A stretch of DNA of 64,000 bases from an uncultured Verrucomicrobiae bacterium (GCA_963834385.1 CAWIBO010000002.1:256001-320000), one strand, 5' to 3'; shown: positions 53,702 to 64,000, counted from the first letter of the stretch. A program made the numbers and translations. The notes: generated by a model from the letters alone, not told the origin.

Positions 53702-55524
53702 GGCACGCCACCCGGCGCCGCCGAGCCTTCGCCGGGAGTTGCCTTCGGCAGACGCGCGGCGGCGTCCTCGAGCAGCCGTTTTTCCTCCGGATACAAGGTG
53801 CCGGAGCGGGCAGTGGCAAGGTGAAGGCGCGCTTCCTCGAAACGATTGTCATCGATCAGGATGATGGCGCTGTAGGCGGCGTTGCTCGCATCTTCCAGGG
53901 CGGAGGGAGGAAGTTCGCGGAGCACGGTGGCGGCCTCGGCGGTGCGGCCGAGGCCGTAGAGGGAAAACGCGTAGGTGACAATGGCATGCGAATCGTCCGG
54001 AGCCATCTCGTAGGCCTGCCGCGCCGCGCGGTGGCCATTGACGGGATTGTGTTCGAGGAGAAGCGCGAACCGCGCGTAAGCCGAGGCGATGGCGGCATCG
54101 TGCGGGGCGGCCTCGTGCAGGCGCTGGGTAATGCGATAGAGATTCGGGAGGTCGCCGCGCACCGTATACATCTGGTGGAGGGCCTGGAGAGCCTCGCGGC
54201 GGTAGGAGGGATGGCGCGACACGCGCAGCCAAAGCTGTTCCGCCTCGGTGCCGAGTTCGCGCGACGTCGCCAGCCGGGCGAGCCGGGCTTCGCGATCCGG
54301 CTCGGCCGCCGCGGCGTTTTCCGCCGCCTGCCAAAGCGCGTCGAACTCGGCATCACCGCCGGCGACCCGGCTTTGGCGCGCGGCCAGGCCCTGGTAGGCG
54401 AGGCGAAGGTATTCCGCTTCGCCCCAGGCGCCGCTCCGGGTCCAGCGGCGGAGCCGCGACCAATTCTTGAGCTGGGCGAAGGCCTCGGCCACGGCGATCG
54501 AGGCGGGCGGAAGGTTGGTCAGGTCGGGATCGAGTTGTTCCATCCATGCGATCACGTCCCCGGCCAGTTTCTGTTCGTTCATCCATTCCATGAGGAGGGC
54601 GAGGTCGCCCGGGGTGCGGCTGGCGAACTCCTTCACCTTGGCCATCAGTTCGCGGCCCTTGGCCGGGTCGAGCCGGCGATAGAAATCGAGGCAGAGCAAA
54701 TAGTCGGCAAAGGTGACCTGCGGGCTGAGCTGCAGGTCGTGCGCGAGTTTCTCCGCGCCCGCCATGTCCTCCCGCCGGATGGCGTCGCCAAGGAGGGCGC
54801 GCAGGGCGCCGGTGCGGAATGCGATGGTGCGGCTCAAGCGCTCGAGGGTGGCGCGGGCCTCGTTTCGGCGCGCTTCCTCGGGCGAGGCAATCTCGATCAC
54901 GGCAAGGTTGAACTGATAGACGTCGTTTTGCGGATCCTGTTGCACCGCGGCGGCAAAGTGGCGGAGCTGTCCGGCCTCGTCGCCCTGGGCCCGGGCCAGC
55001 CATCCCGCGACGACGTGATAGGGCGCCTTGTCCTGATCGACCGGCGGCACCTGGTCGAGCGCGCGCCGGGCGGTGTCAAGCTGCCCGAAACGGAGCGCGG
55101 CGGAGGCGAGATTAAGCTGGCTGTCGAGGTTCTCCGGGAGGAGACGGGCGATCTGGGCCCGCCAGGCCACGGTCTCGGACTGGTTCTGTTTTTCCGTGGC
55201 CTCGGCGAGGATCTGGAAGGCGTCGAGCGATTTGGGGCGAAGGCGGAGGGCCTCGTTGGCCATCACGGTGGCCTCGCGAAAGTCGCCCTGCTCGAGCATG
55301 ATCGAGGCTCGCTGCAGCAGGCGCGTCTCCTTCCAGCCATAGTAAAAGCGGGGCAGGTAAACCAGGAGCGCGACCGCGAGGAAGAGCGAACCGAGGATGG
55401 CGCCGGCGGCGAGATGGAACTGCCGGGACTTGAGCACGCCCCAGCCCGGAAAACGCCGGACGCGTTTGCGCCGGAGCTTCTTCACGCGGCGCCGGCCCGG
55501 GAGGTGATCAGGGGGTTCGTGCAT
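53698..55524 (-). CDS. Membrane-anchored TPR-repeat protein
   Basis: N-terminal TM followed by Ala/Leu-rich TPR-like helices. Confidence 0.8.
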   Translation of the reverse strand: MHEPPDHLPGRRRVKKLRRKRVRRFPGWGVLKSRQFHLAAGAILGSLFLAVALLVYLPRFYYGWKETRLLQRASIMLEQGDFREATVMANEALRLRPKSLDAFQILAEATEKQNQSETVAWRAQIARLLPENLDSQLNLASAALRFGQLDTARRALDQVPPVDQDKAPYHVVAGWLARAQGDEAGQLRHFAAAVQQDPQNDVYQFNLAVIEIASPEEARRNEARATLERLSRTIAFRTGALRALLGDAIRREDMAGAEKLAHDLQLSPQVTFADYLLCLDFYRRLDPAKGRELMAKVKEFASRTPGDLALLMEWMNEQKLAGDVIAWMEQLDPDLTNLPPASIAVAEAFAQLKNWSRLRRWTRSGAWGEAEYLRLAYQGLAARQSRVAGGDAEFDALWQAAENAAAAEPDREARLARLATSRELGTEAEQLWLRVSRHPSYRREALQALHQMYTVRGDLPNLYRITQRLHEAAPHDAAIASAYARFALLLEHNPVNGHRAARQAYEMAPDDSHAIVTYAFSLYGLGRTAEAATVLRELPPSALEDASNAAYSAIILIDDNRFEEARLHLATARSGTLYPEEKRLLEDAAARLPKATPGEGSAAPGGVP

Positions 55525-55564
55525 GCGCGGGCGAGAATATCAAAGAAAGAGGGGCGAAGCGACC

Positions 55565-56884
55565 TCAGGCAGGCACGCGCGCGGGCGGGTGGGGGAGAGA
55601 GGGCGTTCCCGGGTCACGCCAGACATAGCGCGAGAGCAGGACTTTGATGGTGGCGGTGAGCGGCACGGCCAGGATCGGCCCGAGCAGCCCGCCGATGAGC
55701 AAGCCCCAGACAAAAATGGAAATGATCACCGTCATCGGATGAAGACCGACCGAACTGCCCACGATGCGAGGGGCAAGGAAAAGCCCCTCCAGATTCTGGA
55801 TGAGGATGAAGAGAAGCGTGACCGCGGCCGGATGCCACCAGTCGCCCCAATGCGCGGCGGCGATCAGGACCGCGGGAATCCAGCAGATGACGATGCCGAT
55901 GTAGGGGATCATGGTGAGGACCACGACCAGCAGGCCGATGAGCGGTGCAAAAGGAAGCCCGAAAAAGTAGAGCGCGGTCCCGATCAAAAGGCCGTCGATC
56001 AGGCAAACCAGGAGTTGACCGCGAAAATAGGCGATGACGTAACGGTTGATCTGGGCGAGGACCGCGGCCACCTCGTCCTTGAGCGGGGAATCGCGCAGGG
56101 GCAGGTAATCTTTCCAGCGCTGCTGAATGGCGGGCCGGCCGCTGAGGAGGAAAAACAGGTAGATCGGCACCATGATGAGGCTGAAGAGAAAGCCGGTGAC
56201 GCCGAGGAATCCGCCGATGCTCTGTTTGGTTATCTCCCAGAGACGCGCGCTGAGGGCGGGCAACTGGCGCTGCAGGTTCGGGAGTTGTTTCGTGACCCAT
56301 TCCTGGATGCGCTGGCGTTCCGCCTGGGTGTAGCGGGGAGGCGCCGGGGCCACTTCCTCCCGCGGTGGTGTCGGTGAGGCCGCCGGAGAAGGAGTGGGTG
56401 TGGGCGAACCCAGAAGCCAGTTCACCACGCCCGCGCTGCCGGTCTGTCCTCTCCCCTTGGTCGTGCCGCTACCGGCGGCGGCGCCGAAATTCCTGTCGTA
56501 GCGATAGATCAAATCAACCACGGCGTCGCGGGCCTTGATGGTGTAGCCCGGCAATTCACGGGCGGCACTGGCCGCCTGGAGGGAAACAAGCGGAACGAGC
56601 CAGGCCAGGAGCGCGGCCAGGGCCGCGAAAATGACGGCGAAAAGGAGCGCGACCGCGCGCGTTCGGGGAATGCCCCCGCGGACCATGCGCGTGACCAGCG
56701 GGTCCAGCAGATAGGTGAGAATGACCGCGATCGCCACCGGGATCAGGATTGGCTGCAGGTAACCCATCAGCTCAATGGCGAGATAAAGAACCGACCCGAT
56801 GACCGCGACCAAAACGACCAGGAAGATCGCGGTCAGCGCCCTCCACATGGTGCGCCGCTGCCACTCGGTGGGGTATGTTTTCAT
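55565..56884 (-). CDS. AI-2E (PerM) family transporter
   Basis: YLLDPLV, YFRGQL, IPYIG, PRIVGSSVGLHP, LAVPL. Confidence 0.92.
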   Translation of the reverse strand: MKTYPTEWQRRTMWRALTAIFLVVLVAVIGSVLYLAIELMGYLQPILIPVAIAVILTYLLDPLVTRMVRGGIPRTRAVALLFAVIFAALAALLAWLVPLVSLQAASAARELPGYTIKARDAVVDLIYRYDRNFGAAAGSGTTKGRGQTGSAGVVNWLLGSPTPTPSPAASPTPPREEVAPAPPRYTQAERQRIQEWVTKQLPNLQRQLPALSARLWEITKQSIGGFLGVTGFLFSLIMVPIYLFFLLSGRPAIQQRWKDYLPLRDSPLKDEVAAVLAQINRYVIAYFRGQLLVCLIDGLLIGTALYFFGLPFAPLIGLLVVVLTMIPYIGIVICWIPAVLIAAAHWGDWWHPAAVTLLFILIQNLEGLFLAPRIVGSSVGLHPMTVIISIFVWGLLIGGLLGPILAVPLTATIKVLLSRYVWRDPGTPSLPHPPARVPA

Positions 56885-58686
56885 CGGCGGGACCCAGCCG
56901 GGGTGGCGCCCTGGCTTACTTTGGTCTTCAAGCTCTCGATTTTTTCGGCAATTTCCTGCGCCGCCGGATCAAGCAGAGCGGCCCGCTGATAGAACTCGAG
57001 CGCCTTGGCGGTGTCGTTCAGCTTCGCGTAGACGTCGCCGATGTGCTCGAACACCGTGGGATCGTCCCGGGTCAGGCGTTGCACGGCCTTGAGGAGAAAC
57101 TCGAGAGCCTCCTGGAATTGGCCCTGGCGAAAACGGACCCAGCCCATGCTGTCGAGATAGGCGCCGTTATCCGGGTCAAAGGCAAGGGCGCGGCGGACCA
57201 TATCCTCCGCTTCCTCGAGGTGCATGTTCTGTTCGGCCAGCATGTAGCCGAGATAATTGCAGGCCTCCGCCGAGTTCGGCGGGTCCATGGAAATGGCGGT
57301 GCGAAAAAGATCGGCCGCCTTGTCGTAAAATCCCGCCTGCTCCGCGGCGGTGCCATAGTCGAAATAAAAGCGGGCCGAGGCGATGGAAGCGCCCGCGGCC
57401 TCGGCTTCGGCGAGGGCCTCGCCAAACCTGGCCACGGCTTCCTTGCTCTGTTTGGCTTCGCGCAGGGCAATGGCGAGGTAATAGGTCATCTCCGGCGCAC
57501 CGGGAAAACGCGCGCGCGCCTCCTGCAGGATCCTGACCGCGCGCTCGTTGTCACGGGTCCGCGCCAGGAGCAGCTCCGCGAGGCGGAGATAGATGGAAGG
57601 GCGACCGGGGTTGATCAGGAGAGCCTGCTCGTAGCTTTGGGCCGCTTTGGTGAACATGGAGCGCGCCTCCGCCTCCTGGCTCTGCCGGTCGAGCGCCCGG
57701 CCTTCATCCTCATAGACGCCGCCAAGCAGTTCATAAGCCTGGGCGCGTGCGGGATCTTTGGCGATCAACTCCTCCAGCATGGCAATGGCCTGGGGCCGTT
57801 GGTTGGTCAGGACGAACCCGGTCGCCAGCTTTTCGCGCGCGTTGATGTCGTCCGGCTGCAATTCCAGCACGCGGAGGTAAAGCGGGATGGCCTCGGCGAG
57901 CTGGCGCGAGGCGGCAAAATAATCGGCCACCTCCTTCAGGATGCCGACGGTGGCGCGTTCGGAGGCGGCGGCGCGGCGGAAGATGGCATTGATCCGCTGC
58001 AGATCTTCCGGCGCCATGGCCGCGTCATCCTTGAGAAGAACCGCGGCGTAAAGCTTGCCGAGGCGGACCCAGAAGGCGGGATCGTCATTTTTGAGCGCGG
58101 CCGCGCGGGCCAGGGCGGCCAGTCCCCGTTCCTGGCGGCCGGCCGCGGCCTCAACTTCATAAAGGCGCTGGTGCGCCTCGATGTTTGCGGGGTCGAGCTC
58201 GACCGCTTTCTCGGCGTAGCGCGCGGCCTGCTCGTGCTTGCGCAGATGGCGGGAGTAAATCTGGGCCAGTTGCAAGTAGGGCTCGGCCGCGTTCGGCCGT
58301 TCTTTCAGCGCGTCCTTCAGGACATCGATGGCGCGCGGATAATCCTCCTGCCGCACGAGCAGGGAGGCGACATGGAGGGCCAGCTCGAGCTCGCCCGGGT
58401 TGACCGTGAGCACCTTTTGGTAGGCCTGCAGGGCGCGATCGATCTCGCCCGCTTCCTCCAGGCGCTGGCCTTCAACGAAACGGACCAGGGCGCCGGCCTT
58501 GCGTTCGCCGGCCGGTTGCAGGGCGAGGTCGGCCGGCGGCTGCGCCGGGGAGGAGTCGCTCACCGAGGGAGTGCCGCGCACGCGGGGAGCCGCGGGCGCC
58601 GCCACGAGGAGGGAGCCGAGGAGAAGAAACAGGAGGACAAGAGCGACCGGCCCGACTCGAACGCGCCCGTGCCAGTGTCTTGTCAT
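56881..58686 (-). CDS. Exported TPR-repeat protein
   Basis: NYLGYMLAE, NGAYLDSMGWV, EHIGDVY. Start placed at ATG 58686, downstream of TTGCGT-N16-TAGACT. Confidence 0.88.
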   Translation of the reverse strand: MTRHWHGRVRVGPVALVLLFLLLGSLLVAAPAAPRVRGTPSVSDSSPAQPPADLALQPAGERKAGALVRFVEGQRLEEAGEIDRALQAYQKVLTVNPGELELALHVASLLVRQEDYPRAIDVLKDALKERPNAAEPYLQLAQIYSRHLRKHEQAARYAEKAVELDPANIEAHQRLYEVEAAAGRQERGLAALARAAALKNDDPAFWVRLGKLYAAVLLKDDAAMAPEDLQRINAIFRRAAASERATVGILKEVADYFAASRQLAEAIPLYLRVLELQPDDINAREKLATGFVLTNQRPQAIAMLEELIAKDPARAQAYELLGGVYEDEGRALDRQSQEAEARSMFTKAAQSYEQALLINPGRPSIYLRLAELLLARTRDNERAVRILQEARARFPGAPEMTYYLAIALREAKQSKEAVARFGEALAEAEAAGASIASARFYFDYGTAAEQAGFYDKAADLFRTAISMDPPNSAEACNYLGYMLAEQNMHLEEAEDMVRRALAFDPDNGAYLDSMGWVRFRQGQFQEALEFLLKAVQRLTRDDPTVFEHIGDVYAKLNDTAKALEFYQRAALLDPAAQEIAEKIESLKTKVSQGATPAGSRR

Positions 58687-58759
58687 CGTCACGCAGTCTA
58701 ACGTGAGGATAAGAGCACGCAAACCCGCGGGGCGCGCAAGGCGCCTCCCGCCCGGGCGG

Positions 58760-58864
58760 TTACGACTTGTAGCGCAGGCGCTTCTTGTGGCGATTCTCCT
58801 TCATGCGCTTGCGGCGCTTATGCTTGGAGATTTTCGCCTTGCGGCGCTTTTTCAGGGAACCCAT
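58760..58864 (-). CDS. 34-aa basic protein, AURKAIP1/COX24 (bS22/mS38-like) family
   Basis: Not in the ORF track. MGSLKKRRKAKISKHKRRKRMKENRHKKRLRYKS*. Confidence 0.85.
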   Translation of the reverse strand: MGSLKKRRKAKISKHKRRKRMKENRHKKRLRYKS

Positions 58865-58940
58865 GTCGTAATTTCAGCTTCCGGATTTGTCGGAGGCCAA
58901 TGCAAGCACCGGTTGGGGATGGGCGCAACTGCCTTCTTCG

Positions 58941-59425
58941 TCAGACGCCAAGTTTGTTCAGCTCCTCGCGCACCAGGGGAACATGCTCCTCCGGTTTCAC
59001 TCGGCGGTGGACCGCGGCGATCCGGCCCTCCTGATCGATGACAAAAGTGCTCCGCTCCGTGCCCATGTATTTCTTGCCATACATGCTCTTTTCCACCCAG
59101 ACGCCGTAAGCCTCCACCATCCGGTGGTCGTCATCGCACAAAAGCGGGAAAGGCAGGTTGTGCCCCTTGATGAACTTTTCGTGGCTCGCGGCGGGATCAA
59201 CGCTGACGCCGAAAAGGGCGGCACGCCCGGAGAAATCCGGCCAGGCATCCCGCAGGGCGCAGGCCTGGGTGGTGCATCCCGGCGTGTCGTCTTTTGGATA
59301 AAAATAAAGAACGACCGGTTGTCCGCGCAGGTCTGTCAGGGAGACCGTCTGCCCCGTCCCATGAGAGCCCCCGACAGCGGTGGCGGTGAAATCCGGGGCC
59401 GGATCGCCCGGCGCGAGATGGTTGC

Positions 59426-59429
<4 letters not shown>
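58941..59429 (-). CDS. bcp: Peroxiredoxin Bcp
   Basis: GDPAPDF, LYFYPKDDTPGCTTQAC, RSTFVID. Confidence 0.95.
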
Positions 59430-60190
<761 letters not shown>

Positions 60191-60262
60191 GCTCAGGCCG
60201 GCCGCAAGGTCGAGGCAGTGCCGCAAAACGCGGGGCAGAGCAAGGCGAAAGGGGGAGAAATA

Positions 60263-60336
60263 TCGGGCTGGTGGGATTTGAACCCACGGCCTCCTCGTCC
60301 CGAACGAGGCGCTCTACCAAGCTGAGCCACAGCCCG
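60263..60336 (-). tRNA. tRNA-Pro(CGG)
   Basis: CGGGCTG acceptor stem, anticodon arm CCTCG-TTCGGGA-CGAGG, GGTTCAAATCC T-arm. Confidence 0.97.
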
Positions 60337-60427
60337 AACTGATCACTGCTCTACCACGTTTCCTGGTGAAAGTCCCATCCCGAAGCGCGGGCGGGAAATT
60401 GAGCAGGCTTGCCGGGAGTAGCAAGAC

Positions 60428-62281
60428 CTAAATCCGGCGCCCGATGCGGCGGGGGCGGAGACGGAAACGGGCGTGAAATAGCGCCAGCAGGAGAAGACCG
60501 GCGGTCGCCCATGCTCCGTTGATCTCCGGCACGACGCTCATGGGGACGACCTCGTAATAGCCGCCGGCGAGCGAGAACTCCATGGCGCCGTAATAGCCGT
60601 TGAACTGGAAACGATTGAGGTTGAGGGACTGGCCGGAGCCAAAGATCAGGCGATCGGTGCTGCCGGAACCGGGCTGGCCGGGCGTGCCGCTCCAGTTATC
60701 GACCAGGAGAATGTGCATGGCGGGATCGAAGCCGGCGAAGGAAAGCACGCCGGTGGTGCCGGTGCCGAAATCGAGAACGGAATCGGCGCCGGCCAGGCTA
60801 AGGGTGCCCATGCCGGCGGCGGCGGCAGAGCCCTCGGAGAAGTTGCCTTTGCGGAACCTTCCCCCCTGCAGGATGACGGAGGCACTGTCCCCGATCTCGT
60901 CGCTTGCGCCGAGGGCGAGCACGGCGCCGGCTTGGACCGTGACGCTGCTGACGTTCCCGAGCGAGCTGCCAGAAGCGCTGGCCGCGATGAGCGTGCCCTC
61001 CGCAATGGTGACGGCCCCGCTGAAGGTGTTATGGCCGGTGACGGTGAGCACGCCGTTCCCCGTTTTGGTGAAGCCATGGGCGCCCCCAATCACGCCCGAA
61101 AAGGTGGTGGTGCCCGTATTCGTGATGTTGAACAAATGAGTTCCGCCGAGGGAAACCGCGCCGCTGAAGGCCAGGTCCCGCGCGCCGGAGATCTGGAAGT
61201 TGCCCCCGATGGACAGGGGTCGGGCCACGGTCAGGGCGCCGGGGCCGGCATTATGGAGGTCGCCGCCGTTTAATGCCACCGTGCCGGCATCGCCGAGGGA
61301 GGTGGCGGTGCCGATCCCGACCCGGCCGTCGTTGAGCGTAAAGCCGGTGAAGCTGTTGGCACCGAGGAGAAACAGTTCGCCGGCGCCGGTTTTGGTCAGG
61401 CCAAAGGTGCCGGGTCCATCGGTAATGGAGCCGGAAAAGGTGGTCGAGGCGGCGTTGCTGATGGTGAGAACGCGGCTGGCCCCGGACAGGGTGGTGGTGC
61501 CGGAAAAGTTGATGGCGTTGCTCCCGTCGATTTCCATGTCGGCGGCGAGGCTGACGGCGTTGGCGATGTTGCGCGCGCCGCCCACGGCCCGGAGAATGCC
61601 GCCGGCAAGGGTGAGCGCGCCCTCACCCAGAGCGGCATCGTTCCCGAGCTCAAGAACGCCGGCGTTGAGGGTGAGACCATCCGTGAAAGTGTTCGTGCCG
61701 GAAAGCAGGAGCCGGCCGGAGTCTGTTTTCACGAGGTTTCCGTCGCCGCTCAGGACGCCATTCATGGTGATGTTCCCGGTGCCGCTGACGGTGAGGGTTT
61801 TATTGTTCATGTCCACATTTCCGATAGTGACGAGGCTGCCGGAGTTGTTCATCCAGGTCTGGCTGCCACCGAGCTTGAGGAGGGTGGAAATGGTGAGGGT
61901 GAAAGGACTGGTGTGGTCGACCAGCAGGCCAATGTCGGCCTGGCCGTTAACGGTGTTGCCTGAAAGCTGGAGACGACCGGCCCCGGTGATGCTGAACGAC
62001 TGGGCCAGGCCTCCTGTGACCCAGATGGCCCCGGCGCTGATGTTGCCTGACACGTCGGGCTGGTTCGCAAAGGCGCGGTCGAAAACGGCGGTATCGCCGG
62101 CGGAAGGGGAATTGCCGATCCAGTTGCCGTTGGTGTTCCAGGAGTTGCTCAAAGCCCCGGTCCAATAGCGATCGGCTGCCTGGAGAGAGGCCGCGGTGAA
62201 AAGGAATAGCGGCAGGAGCCGGAGCGTGCGGAAGCAGACCCCGGCCAACATTCGAGGGGGGAGGCGTCGAATGAGAGCCAT
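60428..62281 (-). CDS. Surface protein with autotransporter-associated beta-strand repeats and a PEP-CTERM-like tail
   Basis: Signal peptide; LVKTDSGRLLLSGTNTF, LTKTGAGELFLLGANSF, FTKTGNGVLTVTGHNTF; C-terminal VPE + TM + Arg-rich tail. Confidence 0.88.
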   Translation of the reverse strand: MALIRRLPPRMLAGVCFRTLRLLPLFLFTAASLQAADRYWTGALSNSWNTNGNWIGNSPSAGDTAVFDRAFANQPDVSGNISAGAIWVTGGLAQSFSITGAGRLQLSGNTVNGQADIGLLVDHTSPFTLTISTLLKLGGSQTWMNNSGSLVTIGNVDMNNKTLTVSGTGNITMNGVLSGDGNLVKTDSGRLLLSGTNTFTDGLTLNAGVLELGNDAALGEGALTLAGGILRAVGGARNIANAVSLAADMEIDGSNAINFSGTTTLSGASRVLTISNAASTTFSGSITDGPGTFGLTKTGAGELFLLGANSFTGFTLNDGRVGIGTATSLGDAGTVALNGGDLHNAGPGALTVARPLSIGGNFQISGARDLAFSGAVSLGGTHLFNITNTGTTTFSGVIGGAHGFTKTGNGVLTVTGHNTFSGAVTIAEGTLIAASASGSSLGNVSSVTVQAGAVLALGASDEIGDSASVILQGGRFRKGNFSEGSAAAAGMGTLSLAGADSVLDFGTGTTGVLSFAGFDPAMHILLVDNWSGTPGQPGSGSTDRLIFGSGQSLNLNRFQFNGYYGAMEFSLAGGYYEVVPMSVVPEINGAWATAGLLLLALFHARFRLRPRRIGRRI

Positions 62282-62295
62282 AGGGGAAGAGCTAT

Positions 62296-62539
62296 AGCGG
62301 GGGGCATGCCTCGCCGAAGTTTTTACGTGGTTATCCGCCTTGTGTTGTGAATGTTACGACCAACCAGTAAGAGAAAAAAAGAGGCTGTCCATGTGTCTTA
62401 TATTGTATAAACAACTGACATTGAGTGACTTATAAAAGAGGGTTCGGGAAGGAAGTCTCATATGTGAGAAAATAGAAGATTTTTCTCACCCGAAGGACGG
62501 GCGTTCTCTCGTATGAGAACTGCGGGTATAAATTATGCT
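62296..62539. promoter_or_regulatory. AT-rich divergent control region: two GG-N10-GC sites, an IHF-like site and TCTCA/TGAGA palindromes
   Basis: Minus-strand GGCATGCCCCCCGCT (62310-62296); plus-strand GGTATAAATTATGCT (62525-62539); IHF-like site 62408-62420; palindromes at 62456-62469, 62464-62489 and 62503-62520. Confidence 0.55.
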
Positions 62540-62562
62540 TACAATTATGGTAATTATACGGC

Positions 62563-63057
62563 ATGCGACTTCGCTCTTCTCAATCCCAAGACGCTCTCAC
62601 CTTCCCCGAGGTGCTCACCACGGTCGTTCTCCTCAGCGTCTTCTTCGCCGCCATTTTCGAGATCAACGCCGTCTGTCTCCGCTATATCAGCGCCTCCAAG
62701 GAAAACGTCGCCGCCCTGCAGCTCGCCCAGGACCGCACGGAAGTCCTCCGTAACCTCGCCTTTCGCGACCTGACCGACCCCGCCTTCCTGCAAGGACTCA
62801 TGGCCGCGCCGGCCAACGCCTCCGATCTCGGCACGCGCACCACGGAAACGATCCGTCTCTCCGCCTATCCCACTCCCAACGGCGTGACCAAGCTCACCCG
62901 CCAGGTCAACGGGACGGTCACGCTCGACAGCACCGCCACCACGCTCGGGACCACCCTGGTCCAGGTCGAGGTGACCACCAACTGGACCACCACTTTCGGG
63001 CAACGTGCCCGTTCGGAACAAATCACCACCCTCATCTCAAACGGAACCAAAAAGTAA
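62563..63057 (+). CDS. Prepilin-like (PilV/GspI-type) minor pseudopilin
   Basis: DA|LTFPEVLTTVVLLSVFFAAIF class III-like signal with Glu+5. Confidence 0.75.
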   Translation: MRLRSSQSQDALTFPEVLTTVVLLSVFFAAIFEINAVCLRYISASKENVAALQLAQDRTEVLRNLAFRDLTDPAFLQGLMAAPANASDLGTRTTETIRLSAYPTPNGVTKLTRQVNGTVTLDSTATTLGTTLVQVEVTTNWTTTFGQRARSEQITTLISNGTKK

Positions 63058-63681
63058 TGAAACTGAACCTCTCATCCCGCGGCGGCTTCACCCTCAGCGA
63101 GACCATGGTCTCGCTCTCACTCAGCTCGGTCATCTTCGCGGCCACTCTTACGGCCATGATCTCGCTGCAAAAGAGTTTCTCGGCGGTGGACGCCTATTTC
63201 TCCACCCACATGCAGCAGATCCGCATCATGGATTACCTGAGCCGGGACGTGAAACGGGGCGTGGCCGTCACCACCTCCGTTGACCTGCAAACGGTCACGA
63301 TCTCCACCTTCAGCTACCTGATCGAGGCCGGCGATCCTGAGGCAATCGCCGATCCCTCAAAGATCGGCACGCCGCGGACACCCACGATCACGCGTGTGGC
63401 CGGCGGGCCGCAGGTCAACTACGGGGCAGCGATGAAGTCGGTGGTCTATTCGATCTCCGGGCAGGCCATCCTGCGGAGCGAAAACGGGCAGGTCACCACC
63501 ATCGCCTCCAGTACAGGATCAACTGGTGCCGCAGACCACCGACGTGGAACTGGCCAACACCGAGTACGCGAAAACCACTGTGACCTTCCGCCCGATCTTT
63601 GCCTCCGGCGGCCGGGAAGCGGCCCGGACCGGCACCACGGTTTTCGCCACCTCCTACCTGCGTAACAAACGCCGCGCCTGA
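63057..63681 (+). CDS. Prepilin-like (PilW/GspJ-type) protein, apparent +1 frameshift near 63516
   Basis: RGG|FTLSETMVSL. The corrected frame ends ...TSYLRNKRRA*. Confidence 0.8.
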
Positions 63682-63686
63682 TCCTG

Positions 63687-64000
63687 ATGCTCTTCCGCAG
63701 ACGTCTCTCATACGGCCAGGACGGCAACGTTCTGCTTGGGGCCCTCGGGGTCATCGTGGTGCTCTCAGTCGTGGCCGGGAACGTTCTTCTCAGCAGCACC
63801 ACCCGCTACAACGTCACCTCCAGCCAGTTGCGCAGCTGGAAGGACGCGCTCACGGCGGCCGAGACCGGCGGCGACGTCGCCTACGCGGAGGTGCGCAAGA
63901 CCATTCTCGACCCGACAAACGCCTTTGCCGGGTGGACCACCAGCGGCGGGGTGAAGATCAGCCCCAACCTCACCTTCGGCCGCGACAACCACGTCACCTC
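63687..64000 (+). CDS. PilX/GspK-like protein, N-terminal part (runs off the window)
   Basis: Not in the ORF track. MLFRRRLSYGQDG|NVLLGALGVIVVLSVVAG...ALTAAETG; lacks Glu+5, as PilX does. Confidence 0.75.
   Translation, partial: MLFRRRLSYGQDGNVLLGALGVIVVLSVVAGNVLLSSTTRYNVTSSQLRSWKDALTAAETGGDVAYAEVRKTILDPTNAFAGWTTSGGVKISPNLTFGRDNHVT

Noticed and set aside
60263..60336. Genomic island integrated at tRNA-Pro (or at tRNA-Ser, 2354-2441)
   Set aside because: No integrase and no duplicated tRNA 3' end noticed; the genes downstream of each tRNA look like ordinary chromosomal genes.

Overview
High-GC bacterial chromosome segment, most consistent with Verrucomicrobiota (Chthoniobacterales-like). This is inferred from a PEP-CTERM-type passenger-repeat protein, a prepilin cassette and Pro/Thr-rich linkers. 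Most of the window is tightly packed housekeeping genes (crcB end, lpxA, radC, pyrF, ispE, sdhCAB, pyrE, secA, mnmA, acs, thrB, lpxK, ggt, bcp) plus tRNA-Ser(GCT) and tRNA-Pro(CGG). Accessory content includes a surface-glycan tailoring locus (3 GT4 enzymes, 2 methyltransferases, a sulfotransferase, an MBOAT and an AlgJ/X-like acetylase), a Phd-VapC toxin-antitoxin pair bracketed by an inverted repeat, and a divergent PEP-CTERM protein / pseudopilin cassette whose shared intergenic region looks like a sigma54 enhancer. The most unusual non-coding feature is a ~440-bp inverted array of alternating A/B units around a ~53-bp non-coding core (51424-51860). Three further intergenic repeat elements are also present. 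Four single-base frameshifts look like sequencing indels. No CRISPR array, integrase, transposase or prophage was seen. All calls come from motif recognition; no database searches were run.
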